Of a DNA stretch of 64,000 nucleotides, positions 30,013 to 40,329 are shown piece by piece (the first letter of the stretch is position 1; each line of letters opens with the position of its first letter). The stretch is from Bacteroidia bacterium. Lineage in GTDB: Bacteria; Bacteroidota; Bacteroidia; NS11-12g; UBA9320. A model generated the notes under the pieces. It was not told the DNA's origin. It made no database searches and saw only the letters and a list, made by a program, of their open reading frames with translations. Location of the stretch: assembly GCA_965216465.1 (NCBI GenBank), contig CBDCFW010000006.1, forward strand, positions 128,001 to 192,000, read 5' to 3'. The position numbers and the translations under genes are program-made.

Positions 30013-30816
30013 ATGCTCACCACTGAAACATCATCCAACCACGACAACCTCGATAAAATGTCTACCCTCGAATTGATTCAAGGAATGAATCAAGAAGATA
30101 AGACTGTACCGCTAGCCATTGAAAAGGAACTTCCATCTATTCAAAACATGATAGACGGAGCATTTGAGAAAATGAAAGAGGGTGGTCGATTGTTTTACAT
30201 TGGAAGTGGAACAAGTGGAAGACTAGGAATTGTAGATGCCAGTGAATGTCCTCCTACATACGGTGTACCTCACGGATTGGTTGTTGGCATTATAGCCGGA
30301 GGTGACTCGGCTATCCGAAAAGCAGTTGAATTTGCAGAAGATGACCCACTTCAAGGATGGTACGATCTTCAAGAACATGATATCTCTGACCTAGACTTTG
30401 TAATTGGAATTAGTGCTAGTGGAACTGCTCCATATGTTCAAGGAGCTCTTGAAAAATGTGGAGAGAACAACGTAAAATGTGGAGCTATTGCATGCAATTT
30501 AAACAGTCAGATTGGAATGGCAGCTGATTATACCGTGGAAGTAGTTGTTGGTCCTGAATTTGTTACCGGTAGTACTAGAATGAAAAGTGGAACTGCTCAG
30601 AAACTCATTCTCAATATGATTTCAACGAGCTTGATGATAAAACTGGGCCACGTTAAAGGAAACAAAATGGTGGATATGCAACTAAGCAATAAAAAACTTG
30701 TAAAAAGAGGAGTACGGATGATCGTAGAAGCTACAGGCATTGGTGAGGATGAAGCGAAAGACCAGCTACTCAAGCACGGCAGTGTTCGAAAGGCCATTGA
30801 TGTTATAAAGGGATAA
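30013..30816 (+). CDS. murQ: N-acetylmuramic acid 6-phosphate etherase
   Basis: GSGTSGRLGIVDASECPPTYG, GPEFVTGSTRMKSGTAQK. Confidence 0.95.
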   Translation: MLTTETSSNHDNLDKMSTLELIQGMNQEDKTVPLAIEKELPSIQNMIDGAFEKMKEGGRLFYIGSGTSGRLGIVDASECPPTYGVPHGLVVGIIAGGDSAIRKAVEFAEDDPLQGWYDLQEHDISDLDFVIGISASGTAPYVQGALEKCGENNVKCGAIACNLNSQIGMAADYTVEVVVGPEFVTGSTRMKSGTAQKLILNMISTSLMIKLGHVKGNKMVDMQLSNKKLVKRGVRMIVEATGIGEDEAKDQLLKHGSVRKAIDVIKG

Positions 30817-30862
30817 ACGATACTTATTATCATAATATGTTTGCAAAACATACTTTTGCGCC

Positions 30863-31195
30863 GTGAAAGATTTCATCTCGATAGAGGTACACGACCTAGA
30901 TGGTAAAACCCACAGCATAGAAGCACCAACCGACATGGGCTTTAATGTTATGGAAGCTTTAAGAGCCAATGAGATTCCAATCAAGGCCACGTGTGGGGGA
31001 ATGGCCATGTGTGCAACGTGCAACTGTATAGTGAAAAGTGACCACGAACTGCCCGACATGAGCGAAGCTGAAGAAGAAATGCTCGACGAAGCCTTTGTGC
31101 TTGATGTAGAAGGCAGCCGCTTAATGTGCCAAATCCCAGTGTCTGAAACAATTGATGGTCTCGTAATAGAGATGGGAGAACTCACCGCCGAATAA
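30863..31195 (+). CDS. 2Fe-2S ferredoxin (adrenodoxin-type)
   Basis: CGGMAMCATC...SRLMCQ. Confidence 0.9.
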   Translation: MKDFISIEVHDLDGKTHSIEAPTDMGFNVMEALRANEIPIKATCGGMAMCATCNCIVKSDHELPDMSEAEEEMLDEAFVLDVEGSRLMCQIPVSETIDGLVIEMGELTAE

Positions 31196-31196
31196 A

Positions 31197-31682
31197 ATGA
31201 ATATAAGATCTGCAATATCGTCCGACATTAAAGCCATTGCAGATATTTACAATTATTACATCCTAAACACCGTCACCACTTTTGAGCTTGAAGCTATTGA
31301 TTATAGTGAAATGCAAAAAAGGGTCGAATCGATCCAAGAAAACTACCCCTTTTTAGTTGTTGAAATAGACGACGTAATTGTCGGATATGCCTATGCCACA
31401 AGATGGAAAGGACGAGCGGCATACGACTGGGCAGTTGAATCATCAATTTACTTGCTACATGGACAAGGCGGACAAGGTATAGGCAAGAAATTATATGCTG
31501 CGCTTTTGGACTTATTACAGGCTATAGGAATCAAAACGGTAATAGGCGGAATATCACTACCAAATGATGTCAGCATACGGCTCCATGAAAAATTAGGATT
31601 TCAGAAGGTTGGCGTGTTTAACCGTGTGGGATTCAAGCACGAAAAGTGGATTGATGTCGGCTATTGGCAACTGCATTTTTAA
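31197..31682 (+). CDS. GNAT N-acetyltransferase (phosphinothricin/methionine sulfoximine acetyltransferase family)
   Basis: IYNYYI...TFE, AYDWAVESSIY, GQGIGKKL, N..SIRLHEKLGF, KWIDV. Confidence 0.85.
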   Translation: MNIRSAISSDIKAIADIYNYYILNTVTTFELEAIDYSEMQKRVESIQENYPFLVVEIDDVIVGYAYATRWKGRAAYDWAVESSIYLLHGQGGQGIGKKLYAALLDLLQAIGIKTVIGGISLPNDVSIRLHEKLGFQKVGVFNRVGFKHEKWIDVGYWQLHF

Positions 31683-31766
31683 GCTAAAAAAAGTGTGCTT
31701 AAAAGCAGTTTAAAAAAGGGTCAAAATGTGTGATTCTGAAGACACATTATATTTTCGGTGTAAATG

Positions 31767-31797
31767 TTTGAATTTCCAAAGCAAAAAATTACATTTG
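31767..31797 (+). promoter_or_regulatory. Full Bacteroidota sigma-A promoter of the rplM operon
   Basis: TTTG (31767-31770), 19-nt spacer, TACATTTG (31790-31797). Confidence 0.75.
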
Positions 31798-31830
31798 CAG
31801 CCCGATTTTTAAGAGTATAAAAATTTTATT

Positions 31831-32274
31831 GTGGACACATTATCATACAAAACCATTTCGGCTAACAGCAAAACCGTTGACAAACGTTGGGTTGTAGCAG
31901 ATGCCGAAGGTAAGACTTTAGGCCGTTTTTGTTCAGAAGTTGCGAAGGTTCTTCGTGGCAAAAACAAGGCAAACTTCACTCCTCATGTAGATTGTGGGGA
32001 CAACGTAATTGTAATTAATGCAGAAAAAATCACCATGACTGGTAACAAAATGGCACAGAAAGAGTACGAAACTTTCAGTGGCTATCCAGGTGGTAGAAAG
32101 GTGACTTTAGCTAAGGATTTATTAGCTAGAAAGCCAAAAGATTTAATTGAAAGAGGTGTAAGAGGTATGCTTCCAAAAACTAGACTTGGAAGAAAGATCT
32201 TCACTAACCTACATGTATATGTTGGTTCTGAGCACCCACATGCAGCACAAAAACCAGAAAAATTAGAGATATAA
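31831..32274 (+). CDS. rplM: 50S ribosomal protein L13
   Basis: WVVADA, LRGKNK..FTPHVDCGD, GMLPK, HPHAAQKP. Confidence 0.98.
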   Translation: MDTLSYKTISANSKTVDKRWVVADAEGKTLGRFCSEVAKVLRGKNKANFTPHVDCGDNVIVINAEKITMTGNKMAQKEYETFSGYPGGRKVTLAKDLLARKPKDLIERGVRGMLPKTRLGRKIFTNLHVYVGSEHPHAAQKPEKLEI

Positions 32275-32278
32275 TCAA

Positions 32279-32668
32279 ATGGACGTTATAAATACAATCG
32301 GAAGAAGAAAGTCATCTGTAGCTCGTGCTTACATGAGCGAAGGAAAAGGAACTATCACTATCAACGATAGAACATTAGAAGACTACTTCAAATTTCCAGA
32401 ATCAAGATACATTGTAAACCTTCCATTCGAAACTTGTGGAGTTGAAGGACAATACGATGTTAAAATAAATGTTAGCGGTGGCGGTTCTACTGGTCAAGCT
32501 GATGCAATTAAACTTGCAATCGCAAGAGCATTGGTTGAGGTGAACGCTGAAGAGTACAAACCATTGCTAAGAGCAAAAGGTCTTATGACTAGAGACCCTC
32601 GTTCGGTAGAGCGTAAAAAGCCTGGTCAACCAAAAGCAAGAAAGAAAAGACAATTTAGCAAGCGTTAA
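32279..32668 (+). CDS. rpsI: 30S ribosomal protein S9
   Basis: [37 protein letters not shown]. Confidence 0.98.
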   Translation: MDVINTIGRRKSSVARAYMSEGKGTITINDRTLEDYFKFPESRYIVNLPFETCGVEGQYDVKINVSGGGSTGQADAIKLAIARALVEVNAEEYKPLLRAKGLMTRDPRSVERKKPGQPKARKKRQFSKR

Positions 32669-32672
32669 TATA

Positions 32673-33422
32673 ATGGCAGTAACTACAGAACAACTATTAG
32701 AAGCTGGTGTTCACTTTGGACACTTAACTAGCAAGTGGAATCCAAAAATGGCTCCTTACATCTTTATGGAGCAAAATGGTATTCACATCATTGATCTTAA
32801 CAAAACAGCTTCAAGATTAGAAGACGCAAAACAAGCTATTGCTAACATCGCAAGAACTGGACGTAAGGTAATGTTCGTTGCTACTAAAAAGCAAGCTAAA
32901 GAGATTGTTGAAGATAACGCTAAAAGAGTAAACATGCCTTTCGCAACTGAAAGATGGTTGGGTGGTATGTTAACTAACTTTGGTACAGTAAGAAAGTCTA
33001 TCAAGAAAATGCAGAACATCGAAAAGATGAAAACTGATGGAACTTTCGACAACATGAACAAGAAAGAGCGTTTAATGAAAACAAGAGAGCAAGAAAAACT
33101 GTTCAAAGTTCTTGGAGGAATCGAAGACCTTAACAGACTTCCTGCTGCACTTTTCATTATCGATATTAAAAGAGAGCACATTGCTGTTAAAGAAGCACAA
33201 AAGCTTAATATTCCAATTTTCGCGATTGTAGATACAAACTCTGATCCTACTAAGGTTGATTTCCCAATCCCAGGTAACGATGACTCTGCAAAATCTATCG
33301 AGATCTTAACTAAAGAAGTTGCTGATGCAATTGCTGGCGGTCTTGAAGAAAGAGCAAGAGCTAAAGAGCAAGCGAAAAAAGAAAAAGAAGCAAGCGAAAA
33401 AGCACAAAGCACTGAAGCTTAA
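32673..33422 (+). CDS. rpsB: 30S ribosomal protein S2
   Basis: [31 protein letters not shown]. Confidence 0.98.
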   Translation: MAVTTEQLLEAGVHFGHLTSKWNPKMAPYIFMEQNGIHIIDLNKTASRLEDAKQAIANIARTGRKVMFVATKKQAKEIVEDNAKRVNMPFATERWLGGMLTNFGTVRKSIKKMQNIEKMKTDGTFDNMNKKERLMKTREQEKLFKVLGGIEDLNRLPAALFIIDIKREHIAVKEAQKLNIPIFAIVDTNSDPTKVDFPIPGNDDSAKSIEILTKEVADAIAGGLEERARAKEQAKKEKEASEKAQSTEA

Positions 33423-33467
33423 TTCTTCGTATAACATTACACTTAAATATTAAACAATAGTAGAATA

Positions 33468-34301
33468 ATGACAACTATTACAGCTTCTATAGTTAACGAA
33501 CTTAGAAAAATGACTGGTGCCGGAATGATGGATTGTAAAAAAGCTTTACAAGAATCAAACGGTGACATGGATGCAGCAGTTGACATCTTAAGAAAAAAAG
33601 GTGCTGCTAAAGCTGCAAAGAGAGCAGATAGAGAAGCATCTGAAGGTTTAGCAATTGCTATCTCTTCTGCAGATAACACTTACGGAATCGTTGTTGAAGT
33701 AAACTGCGAAACCGACTTCGTTGCTAAAAACGAAGATTTCTCTGCATTTGCGAACGAAGTTGCAAACTTCGCTCTAGAAAACAAATGTGCTGATAAGGAT
33801 GCATTACTAGCTTCTGCTTTTGGAGGTAAAACTCTTGCAGAAATATTAGTTGATAAAACTGCAGTAATCGGTGAAAAAGTAGATATCTCTAACTACGCTT
33901 TTGTTGAGTCTACAGGAGTTGCTGCTTACAACCACGGTGCGAATAGAATTGGAGTTCTTGTATCTCTTACTTCTAACTCTGATGCTGCAATTGAAGCAGG
34001 GAAAGACGTTGCAATGCAAATCGCAGCGATGAACCCAATCGCTGTTGATGAGAATGCTGTTTCTGATGAAGTGAAAGAAAAAGAAATGGAAATCGGAAGA
34101 GACATCGCTCGTCAAGAAGGTAAGCCTGAGCAAATTATCGAAAAAATTGCTGAAGGTAAACTTCAAAGATTCTTTAAAGACAACACACTTGTTCACCAAG
34201 CTTTTGTTAAAGATAGCTCAATGAACGTTGCTGCTTTCTTGAAGTCTGTTGATGCTGACCTTAAAGTATTAGCATTTACTAGATTCCAATTAGGAGCATA
34301 A
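33468..34301 (+). CDS. tsf: Elongation factor Ts
   Basis: LRKMTGAGMMDCKKAL, EVNCETDFVA, AMQIAAM. Confidence 0.98.
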   Translation: MTTITASIVNELRKMTGAGMMDCKKALQESNGDMDAAVDILRKKGAAKAAKRADREASEGLAIAISSADNTYGIVVEVNCETDFVAKNEDFSAFANEVANFALENKCADKDALLASAFGGKTLAEILVDKTAVIGEKVDISNYAFVESTGVAAYNHGANRIGVLVSLTSNSDAAIEAGKDVAMQIAAMNPIAVDENAVSDEVKEKEMEIGRDIARQEGKPEQIIEKIAEGKLQRFFKDNTLVHQAFVKDSSMNVAAFLKSVDADLKVLAFTRFQLGA

Positions 34302-34321
34302 GACATTTAAAGTCAAAATTT

Positions 34322-34352
34322 AAAAGGCAAATCGAAAGGTTTGCCTTTTTTT
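34322..34352 (+). terminator. Intrinsic terminator after tsf
   Basis: AAAAGGCAAATC-GAAA-GGTTTGCC followed by T7. Confidence 0.85.
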
Positions 34353-34470
34353 ATTTCCCAAAATCCAAATTCCCTTTAAATTTGTCACTTGAATGAGCAG
34401 CCTGCATATCAACCCTGATGAATCTAAGCACAACGCTGCTATCCCTTTTATTCAAACGACATCACATCCC

Positions 34471-35178
34471 ATGAAATACAACAGAATCCTATTAAAACTG
34501 AGTGGCGAAGCTCTGCTCGGAGATAAAGAATTTGGAATTGACAGCTCTGTACTAGCTAAATATGCCAGAGAAATTAAAGCAGTTACTGAACTCGGAGTTG
34601 AAGTTGCCATCGTAATTGGTGGAGGCAATATTTTCAGAGGTGTTTCAGGTGTTGAAGGAGGAATGAAAGATAGAGCCAATGCAGACTATATGGGAATGCT
34701 TGCTACCGTGATTAACGCAATGGCTTTACAAGGAGCTTTAGAAAATGAAGGTGTTTACACCCGATTACTAAGTGCAATTAAAATGGAGCAAGTAGCTGAA
34801 CCGTTTATCAGAAGAAGAGCCATTCGTCACCTTGAAAAAGGAAGAGTCGTAATTTTCGGTGCAGGAACCGGTAATCCATACTTCACAACAGACACAGCGG
34901 CAAGTTTAAGAGCTGTAGAAATTGAAGCTGATGTGATTCTAAAAGGCACGCGTGTAGATGGAATTTACTCTGCTGACCCAGAAAAAGATAGCTCAGCAAC
35001 ACGATTCGATGAAATTAGCTTTACGGATGTAATCAACAGAAACCTAAAGGTTATGGACATGACGGCCTTTACGCTTTGTCAAGAAAACAAACTACCTATC
35101 ATCGTTTTTGATATGAACAAAGAAGGTAATTTGGTTGACCTTCTTCAAGGAAATAAAGTTGGAACGCTGGTTAGCTAG
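34471..35178 (+). CDS. pyrH: UMP kinase
   Basis: [29 protein letters not shown]. Conserved start MKY at 34471; an alternative in-frame ATG lies at 34393. Confidence 0.97.
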   Translation: MKYNRILLKLSGEALLGDKEFGIDSSVLAKYAREIKAVTELGVEVAIVIGGGNIFRGVSGVEGGMKDRANADYMGMLATVINAMALQGALENEGVYTRLLSAIKMEQVAEPFIRRRAIRHLEKGRVVIFGAGTGNPYFTTDTAASLRAVEIEADVILKGTRVDGIYSADPEKDSSATRFDEISFTDVINRNLKVMDMTAFTLCQENKLPIIVFDMNKEGNLVDLLQGNKVGTLVS

Positions 35179-35711
35179 AACTTATTCTTCCACATCATGC
35201 TTTCAACAGGCTTTATCGTCCGCTTGTTGTACTTCGCATTAATTTTCTTATTGTAGTAATTTTCAATATCTCCTTCTACATTGAAGTAGATTAGTTGCCC
35301 CACGGGCATACCTCGATATACTCGAACAGGTTGGGTTACCGAAATTTCTAAGGTCCATGTGTTGCAAAATCCCACATCGCCTTTACCCGCTGTAGCGTGA
35401 ATATCAATTCCTAGCCTTCCCGTACTGCTCTTTCCCTCTAGGAATGGAATATGAGCATGCGTTTCGGTATATTCTTCTGTTACTCCTAAGTACAATACTC
35501 CTGGCTGTAAAACATATCCGTCAATAGGAATCTCAAAATGCTCAACTTTGTTATGCACTCGAGCATCTAATACACGATCTGCGTAACACGCCAAGTGCTT
35601 TCCAAGATGAACATCGTAGCTGTTTGTTCCCAATCTTTCACGCTTGAATGGCTCAATTAAGATTGTTCCTTTCTCTATTTCCTCTAAAATTTTTTTGTCG
35701 CTAAGTATCAT
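35175..35711 (-). CDS. dcd: dCTP deaminase
   Basis: [28 protein letters not shown]. Confidence 0.92.
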   Translation of the reverse strand: MILSDKKILEEIEKGTILIEPFKRERLGTNSYDVHLGKHLACYADRVLDARVHNKVEHFEIPIDGYVLQPGVLYLGVTEEYTETHAHIPFLEGKSSTGRLGIDIHATAGKGDVGFCNTWTLEISVTQPVRVYRGMPVGQLIYFNVEGDIENYYNKKINAKYNKRTIKPVESMMWKNKF

Positions 35712-35731
35712 TGCTTAAGAGAGCTTCAATG

Positions 35732-36604
35732 TTAGGACTTAATTTCAATTTGCCAAAGAATTAAACTGCGATCGTCACTACAACTCACAAACTTCTCATC
35801 ATTTATCCATTTGACCTTATTTATGCAGTTAGAATGACTCTCATTTCGAGCCAAATCAATCACCTTAATCAACTTTAAATCATCACTCCATACTTTTATG
35901 GTCTTATCCATGCTACTGCTCAAAACAAATCGACCATTATAATCCAACGAAGTTGCTTGGTACATGTGAGCTGGAACCGAGAAAACCTCTTGCCCAATTT
36001 TTAAATCCCAAGCTCTAATGTGAGCATCTCTACCTGTGCTTAAAATGGTATCCTGATCGATTTCAGCTAATCCAAAAACAGAATTAGTATGTCCTTTTAA
36101 AACTGCTTGAACTTCTAAGCTAACCTTCTCCAGCTGATAGATGTTATTGTCAGAACACCCAACATAAAAAAAGTCATCAGTCTCAAGCAAACAACGTAAG
36201 CTATCCATAGCTAGATCTATTTTTAAACTTGGAGACCGCAAAACACCATCTTCTCCCCCGCTAAATCGCTTATGTATGAAGAAGATTCCCCCTTGATGCA
36301 TTTGCTCATTCGATGCTAAACTCTTTTTATCTAAATCAAAGCTATAAATCTTCCCTGATCGACTTCCAACTATTATTTGGCCGCCAATTTGACTAACACT
36401 ATATAATGCCTCTGGAACGCGAGCAATTAATTTTCCATCTGCACTATTTTCATAGTCCCATTCTACCACATAGCCATCTGCACCAACTGAATATACTTTA
36501 GTTGCATTTTTATCTACCACAAAATCATAAATAGAGTCTTTATGACCCTTTAAATGTGCTAACTTTGTGATTTTAATGGTTGGTCGACTTGCCACTTCAT
36601 TCAA
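35732..36604 (-). CDS. WD40-repeat protein
   Basis: GH...SVGADGYVVEWD, GHTNSV...STGRDAHIRAWD, SSSMDKTIKVW, SCSDDRSLILW. Start uncertain. Confidence 0.85.
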   Translation of the reverse strand: MNEVASRPTIKITKLAHLKGHKDSIYDFVVDKNATKVYSVGADGYVVEWDYENSADGKLIARVPEALYSVSQIGGQIIVGSRSGKIYSFDLDKKSLASNEQMHQGGIFFIHKRFSGGEDGVLRSPSLKIDLAMDSLRCLLETDDFFYVGCSDNNIYQLEKVSLEVQAVLKGHTNSVFGLAEIDQDTILSTGRDAHIRAWDLKIGQEVFSVPAHMYQATSLDYNGRFVLSSSMDKTIKVWSDDLKLIKVIDLARNESHSNCINKVKWINDEKFVSCSDDRSLILWQIEIKS

Positions 36605-37194
36605 AGAAACATATTAATAATGGAATTGTTGCACTTTGGGATATCAAAGAAAGCAAAGAAGACCTGCTCAAAATGTTACCCGAGTCGTGGTTAACTAATC
36701 TTGAAATTCCTAAACTCAGTGTCCATAATCTGGCAGCACGTGTTCTTGCTAAAACAGTTTGTCCTGATTTCGATATTCTAGAAAAAGATGAATACGGTAA
36801 ACCCTATTTTGAAAGTGCGGATCACAAAATTTCAATAACTCATTCCGGACAGTTTGCTGGCTTTATGTTCAAGGAGAAAGAAGATTGCGGCATTGACATG
36901 GAAGAAATCACCGGTCGTGTTAAAAGAATTGTTCCCAAATTCTTTCGTGAAGATGAGAAGCAGTTTCTAGAACATGACTTAAGAGGCATGTACATTGTTT
37001 GGTGTGCTAAAGAAGCTTTATATAAATACTACGGACTAAAGTCACTAGATTTCAGGGATCACCTAAAGGTAGACTATGCAAATATTGAAGATTCTGGCAA
37101 AATTGTAGGACACATCAATAAAGGCGAGTATTCAAAGCAACTTACCTTAGAATACAATTTTTTTGACCAATATTTGCTCGTAAATACAATCTAA
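36589..37194 (+). CDS. 4'-phosphopantetheinyl transferase (Sfp-type)
   Basis: DEYGKP, ISITHS, GIDME, WCAKEALYK. Confidence 0.88.
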   Translation: MPLHSKKHINNGIVALWDIKESKEDLLKMLPESWLTNLEIPKLSVHNLAARVLAKTVCPDFDILEKDEYGKPYFESADHKISITHSGQFAGFMFKEKEDCGIDMEEITGRVKRIVPKFFREDEKQFLEHDLRGMYIVWCAKEALYKYYGLKSLDFRDHLKVDYANIEDSGKIVGHINKGEYSKQLTLEYNFFDQYLLVNTI

Positions 37195-37967
37195 TGGGGA
37201 AGACTATTTGGATAACAGGTGCCGGCTCAGGTATCGGAAAGGCATTAGCCTTACAATACAACAAAGATGGAAATACAATAATTCTCTCCGGAAGAAAGAA
37301 AGAAGGTCTTGAAGAAATAGCCAAAGAAATAGACAACGCCTTTGTACTTCCTTTAGATGTTACTGATGAAACGCAAATAGAAGCAGCAGTCGAAACCGTA
37401 ACTAAGCAACTTGACCGACTTGATATTTTAATCAATAACGCTGGAGTTAGCCAAAGATCTTTTGTTGAAGAAATTAGCAATGATGTCGGCCGTAAATTGA
37501 TGGAAGTTAATTTCTTTGGAAGCATTCACTTGACCAAAGCTGCACTTCCTTTACTTATTAAAACTCCAAATTCTTCGGTGGTAGCAATGAGCAGTGCTGC
37601 AGGAAAATTTGGATTTCCGATGCGCTCATATTATTCAGCTTCAAAACACGCGTTGCATGGGTTTTATGAAGCTCTGGGTCTGGAATTAAAAGATAAAGAC
37701 ACTTCAGTAACTGTCGTTTGTCCTGGCCGGATAAAAACGAACATTTCATTAAATGCTTTAGCTGGAGATGGAACTGCACATAACAAGATGGATGATGGTC
37801 AACTCAATGGTATACCTGCCGACAAGTGTGCTCGACAGATTGAACGAGCAGTGAATCGAAAAAAGGCTGAAGTATATATCGGAGGTAAAGAAGTCTTGAT
37901 GATCTATTTCAAACGTTATTGTCCTCCATTGTTTCGCTTTATTGCTAAGCGTATAAAGCCCACTTAA
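37194..37967 (+). CDS. Short-chain dehydrogenase/reductase (DHRS7-like)
   Basis: TGAGSGIG, NNAG, YSASK catalytic motif. Confidence 0.9.
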   Translation: MGKTIWITGAGSGIGKALALQYNKDGNTIILSGRKKEGLEEIAKEIDNAFVLPLDVTDETQIEAAVETVTKQLDRLDILINNAGVSQRSFVEEISNDVGRKLMEVNFFGSIHLTKAALPLLIKTPNSSVVAMSSAAGKFGFPMRSYYSASKHALHGFYEALGLELKDKDTSVTVVCPGRIKTNISLNALAGDGTAHNKMDDGQLNGIPADKCARQIERAVNRKKAEVYIGGKEVLMIYFKRYCPPLFRFIAKRIKPT

Positions 37968-38009
37968 TTCTTCTTGGTCATACTTCAGGCCTGCTTATCT
38001 TTGCACGTC

Positions 38010-39062
38010 TTGAAAAAATCAATAAGCGGAATACAACAAATGGGGATTGGCATCCCTAATGTCCACGAGGCTTGGGCATGGTATCGAGAAAATTTTTCAA
38101 TGGATGTTCCTGTATTTGAGGAAGCAGCCACAGCAGATTTAATGCTTCCTTACACTGGAGGTAAACCACACGATCGTCACGCAATTCTTGCTTTGAACTT
38201 GCAAGGCGGTGGCGGATTTGAGATTTGGCAATACACCAGTCGTACACCTGAGGCACCTAGCTTCAAACCTCAGATTGGAGATTTAGGTTTATCAATTTGT
38301 AAGATCAAATGTCCTGATGCAAACAAAGCTTTCGCTGAATTCAATCCAGAATATAAAATTTCTACTAAGGTGGAAACTACTCCCAACGGTCTAAAACATT
38401 TCTTCGTTCAAGACCCATATGGAAACATCTTCCAAGTGATTGAAGCTTATGAGTGGTTTAATCTTAAATCAGCCAATACTGGTGGTGTTTACGGCACCAT
38501 TATTGGTGTCACAGACATCGAAAAATCAAAAGAGTTTTACGCTAATATTCTAGGATACGATACCGTACTTTGGGAAGGTGAAGGGCAATTTGAAGACCTT
38601 GCTGCTCTTGAAAATGGTTCGAGTACTTTCAAACGGGCTATTCTGAAACACAGCAAACCTAGAGAAGGTGGATTTAGTGAGTTATTAGGAGAAACACAAA
38701 TTGAGCTCGTTCAAGATCTTGATACACCAGGAAGAAAAATATTTAAAGACAGATTCTGGGGAGACCTCGGCTTCATTCACTTGTGCTTCGACGTGATTAA
38801 CATGCAAGCACTAAAAGAGGAATGTGAAGCTGCTGGGCACCCTTTTACGGTTGATAGTGCGAACAGCTTTGATATGGGAGAAGCGGCAGGACACTTCTCA
38901 TACATTGAAGATCCTGATGGTACCTTAATCGAATTTGTTGAAACACATAAAATACCAATCTTTAAAAAAATCGGATGGTATCTCGATCTCAGAAAGCGTG
39001 ATGCTCTAAAACCATTACCTAAATGGATGTTGAAGAGCCTTTCGCTGAATAGAAAGAAGTAA
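38010..39062 (+). CDS. Two-domain VOC/glyoxalase-family protein
   Basis: GIQQMGIG, FFVQDPYGNIFQ, GFIHLCFDV, YIEDPDGTLIEFVE. TTG 38010 follows a TATCTTTG box. Confidence 0.8.
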   Translation: MKKSISGIQQMGIGIPNVHEAWAWYRENFSMDVPVFEEAATADLMLPYTGGKPHDRHAILALNLQGGGGFEIWQYTSRTPEAPSFKPQIGDLGLSICKIKCPDANKAFAEFNPEYKISTKVETTPNGLKHFFVQDPYGNIFQVIEAYEWFNLKSANTGGVYGTIIGVTDIEKSKEFYANILGYDTVLWEGEGQFEDLAALENGSSTFKRAILKHSKPREGGFSELLGETQIELVQDLDTPGRKIFKDRFWGDLGFIHLCFDVINMQALKEECEAAGHPFTVDSANSFDMGEAAGHFSYIEDPDGTLIEFVETHKIPIFKKIGWYLDLRKRDALKPLPKWMLKSLSLNRKK

Positions 39063-39063
39063 A

Positions 39064-40329
39064 TTACTTAAGCCAGCTGATGATTTCATTACGCTGGCTT
39101 TTTATTGCGTCTTTGTGGCTTTGAGAAAGTCCATTCCATCCCAATCCCTTCCACATTACTGGTGCTGCATCTACCAATCTAAACCAGCAGATCGCTCCAT
39201 ATATTGAAGATACAATAAACAGCAACGACCAGTATGCGGGTGTAAAGATTAAAAACAAGATTGCAACCACTATGGCCAACACTGCAGATCCTAACATTCC
39301 AATTCCTACAATAACAGAATCAATAAAAATTGGATTCGTGATTTTACGATGTACCCATTTTACAACTCCAGACCACATCAATGCCCAGATGAAATAAACT
39401 GGAAGACTGATTCCTAGTGTCACAATAGCAACAAACATCGAAAGTAGATTAAACGACTTTCCAGATACATTGGCATCTAAAACGCCATGCTTCTTTAACG
39501 ATTCGCTGTATGCTTTCACCTTGTTTATCTGCTCCTCGGTCAACTCGTTTGCTTTTTTGATATTGGTTTTCCAACTCTCTTTATTCAAGTAGCGATACTG
39601 TACATGGTTTTCGTTAACCATCATTTGATGCACAAATTCTAACTCCTTTTCATCGTCACCTTTGGTTCGAACAACTTGATCTTTTAAGGCACTTTCGATG
39701 TGTCTAGTCAAATGTTGCATTACCTTACGTTCGCTGGTTTCTATCTCATCTTTTAACCTTTTTACACTTATCGGTTTGCCATATGAGATGTGAATTGTTC
39801 TGCGTAAACCACCAAACTCAGAATAATTGAGGGCGGTTGGAACAACATACAAGTCAAGTTCGAAATTACTCATCTTGGCCATGTTGATTGCCATAGCACT
39901 TGTTCCAAGCTTGATTGACCTCAACGCTTTTTCTGGGTATGCTGAACCCTCTGGGAAAATTAAAATAGAGTGATTCGCCTTAAACAATCGGTAAATCTCT
40001 TCGTTCGTCTTTGCATTTCCTTTTCTTGCCACATCAGCACTCGCATCACGTGCCCTAAATATGGGCAACAATCGCAATCCCCGAAGCATATAATTTGGCA
40101 CTGGCTTCATAAAGGCATCACCGCGTGCTAGTGTAAATATTTTGGTGTTGTATTTGTAAAAATATTCAAATACTACTCCGTCGAAAAAAGAGTTCGGATG
40201 ATTGCAGGCAAGCAATACCGGCTTGTTCTTAGGAAAATTTTCTTCTCCATCGATATAAATCTTACGAATGAAAATTCGCATTGGGAGATTAAGTAGCACG
40301 GTAGCTAGATGATAAAGCCAGTATTTCAT
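39064..40329 (-). CDS. Phospholipid/glycerol acyltransferase (PlsC family) with C-terminal TM helices
   Basis: NHPNSFFD (HX4D), LPIFR, IFPEG. Confidence 0.85.
   Translation of the reverse strand: MKYWLYHLATVLLNLPMRIFIRKIYIDGEENFPKNKPVLLACNHPNSFFDGVVFEYFYKYNTKIFTLARGDAFMKPVPNYMLRGLRLLPIFRARDASADVARKGNAKTNEEIYRLFKANHSILIFPEGSAYPEKALRSIKLGTSAMAINMAKMSNFELDLYVVPTALNYSEFGGLRRTIHISYGKPISVKRLKDEIETSERKVMQHLTRHIESALKDQVVRTKGDDEKELEFVHQMMVNENHVQYRYLNKESWKTNIKKANELTEEQINKVKAYSESLKKHGVLDANVSGKSFNLLSMFVAIVTLGISLPVYFIWALMWSGVVKWVHRKITNPIFIDSVIVGIGMLGSAVLAIVVAILFLIFTPAYWSLLFIVSSIYGAICWFRLVDAAPVMWKGLGWNGLSQSHKDAIKSQRNEIISWLK

Noticed and set aside
30597-31215. Minus-strand ORFs of 84 and 149 aa
   Set aside because: Antisense to the well-supported murQ and ferredoxin genes.
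32783-34199. Long antisense ORFs (209, 78 and 117 aa) over rpsB and tsf
   Set aside because: Shadow frames caused by the codon bias of highly expressed genes; no recognisable motifs.
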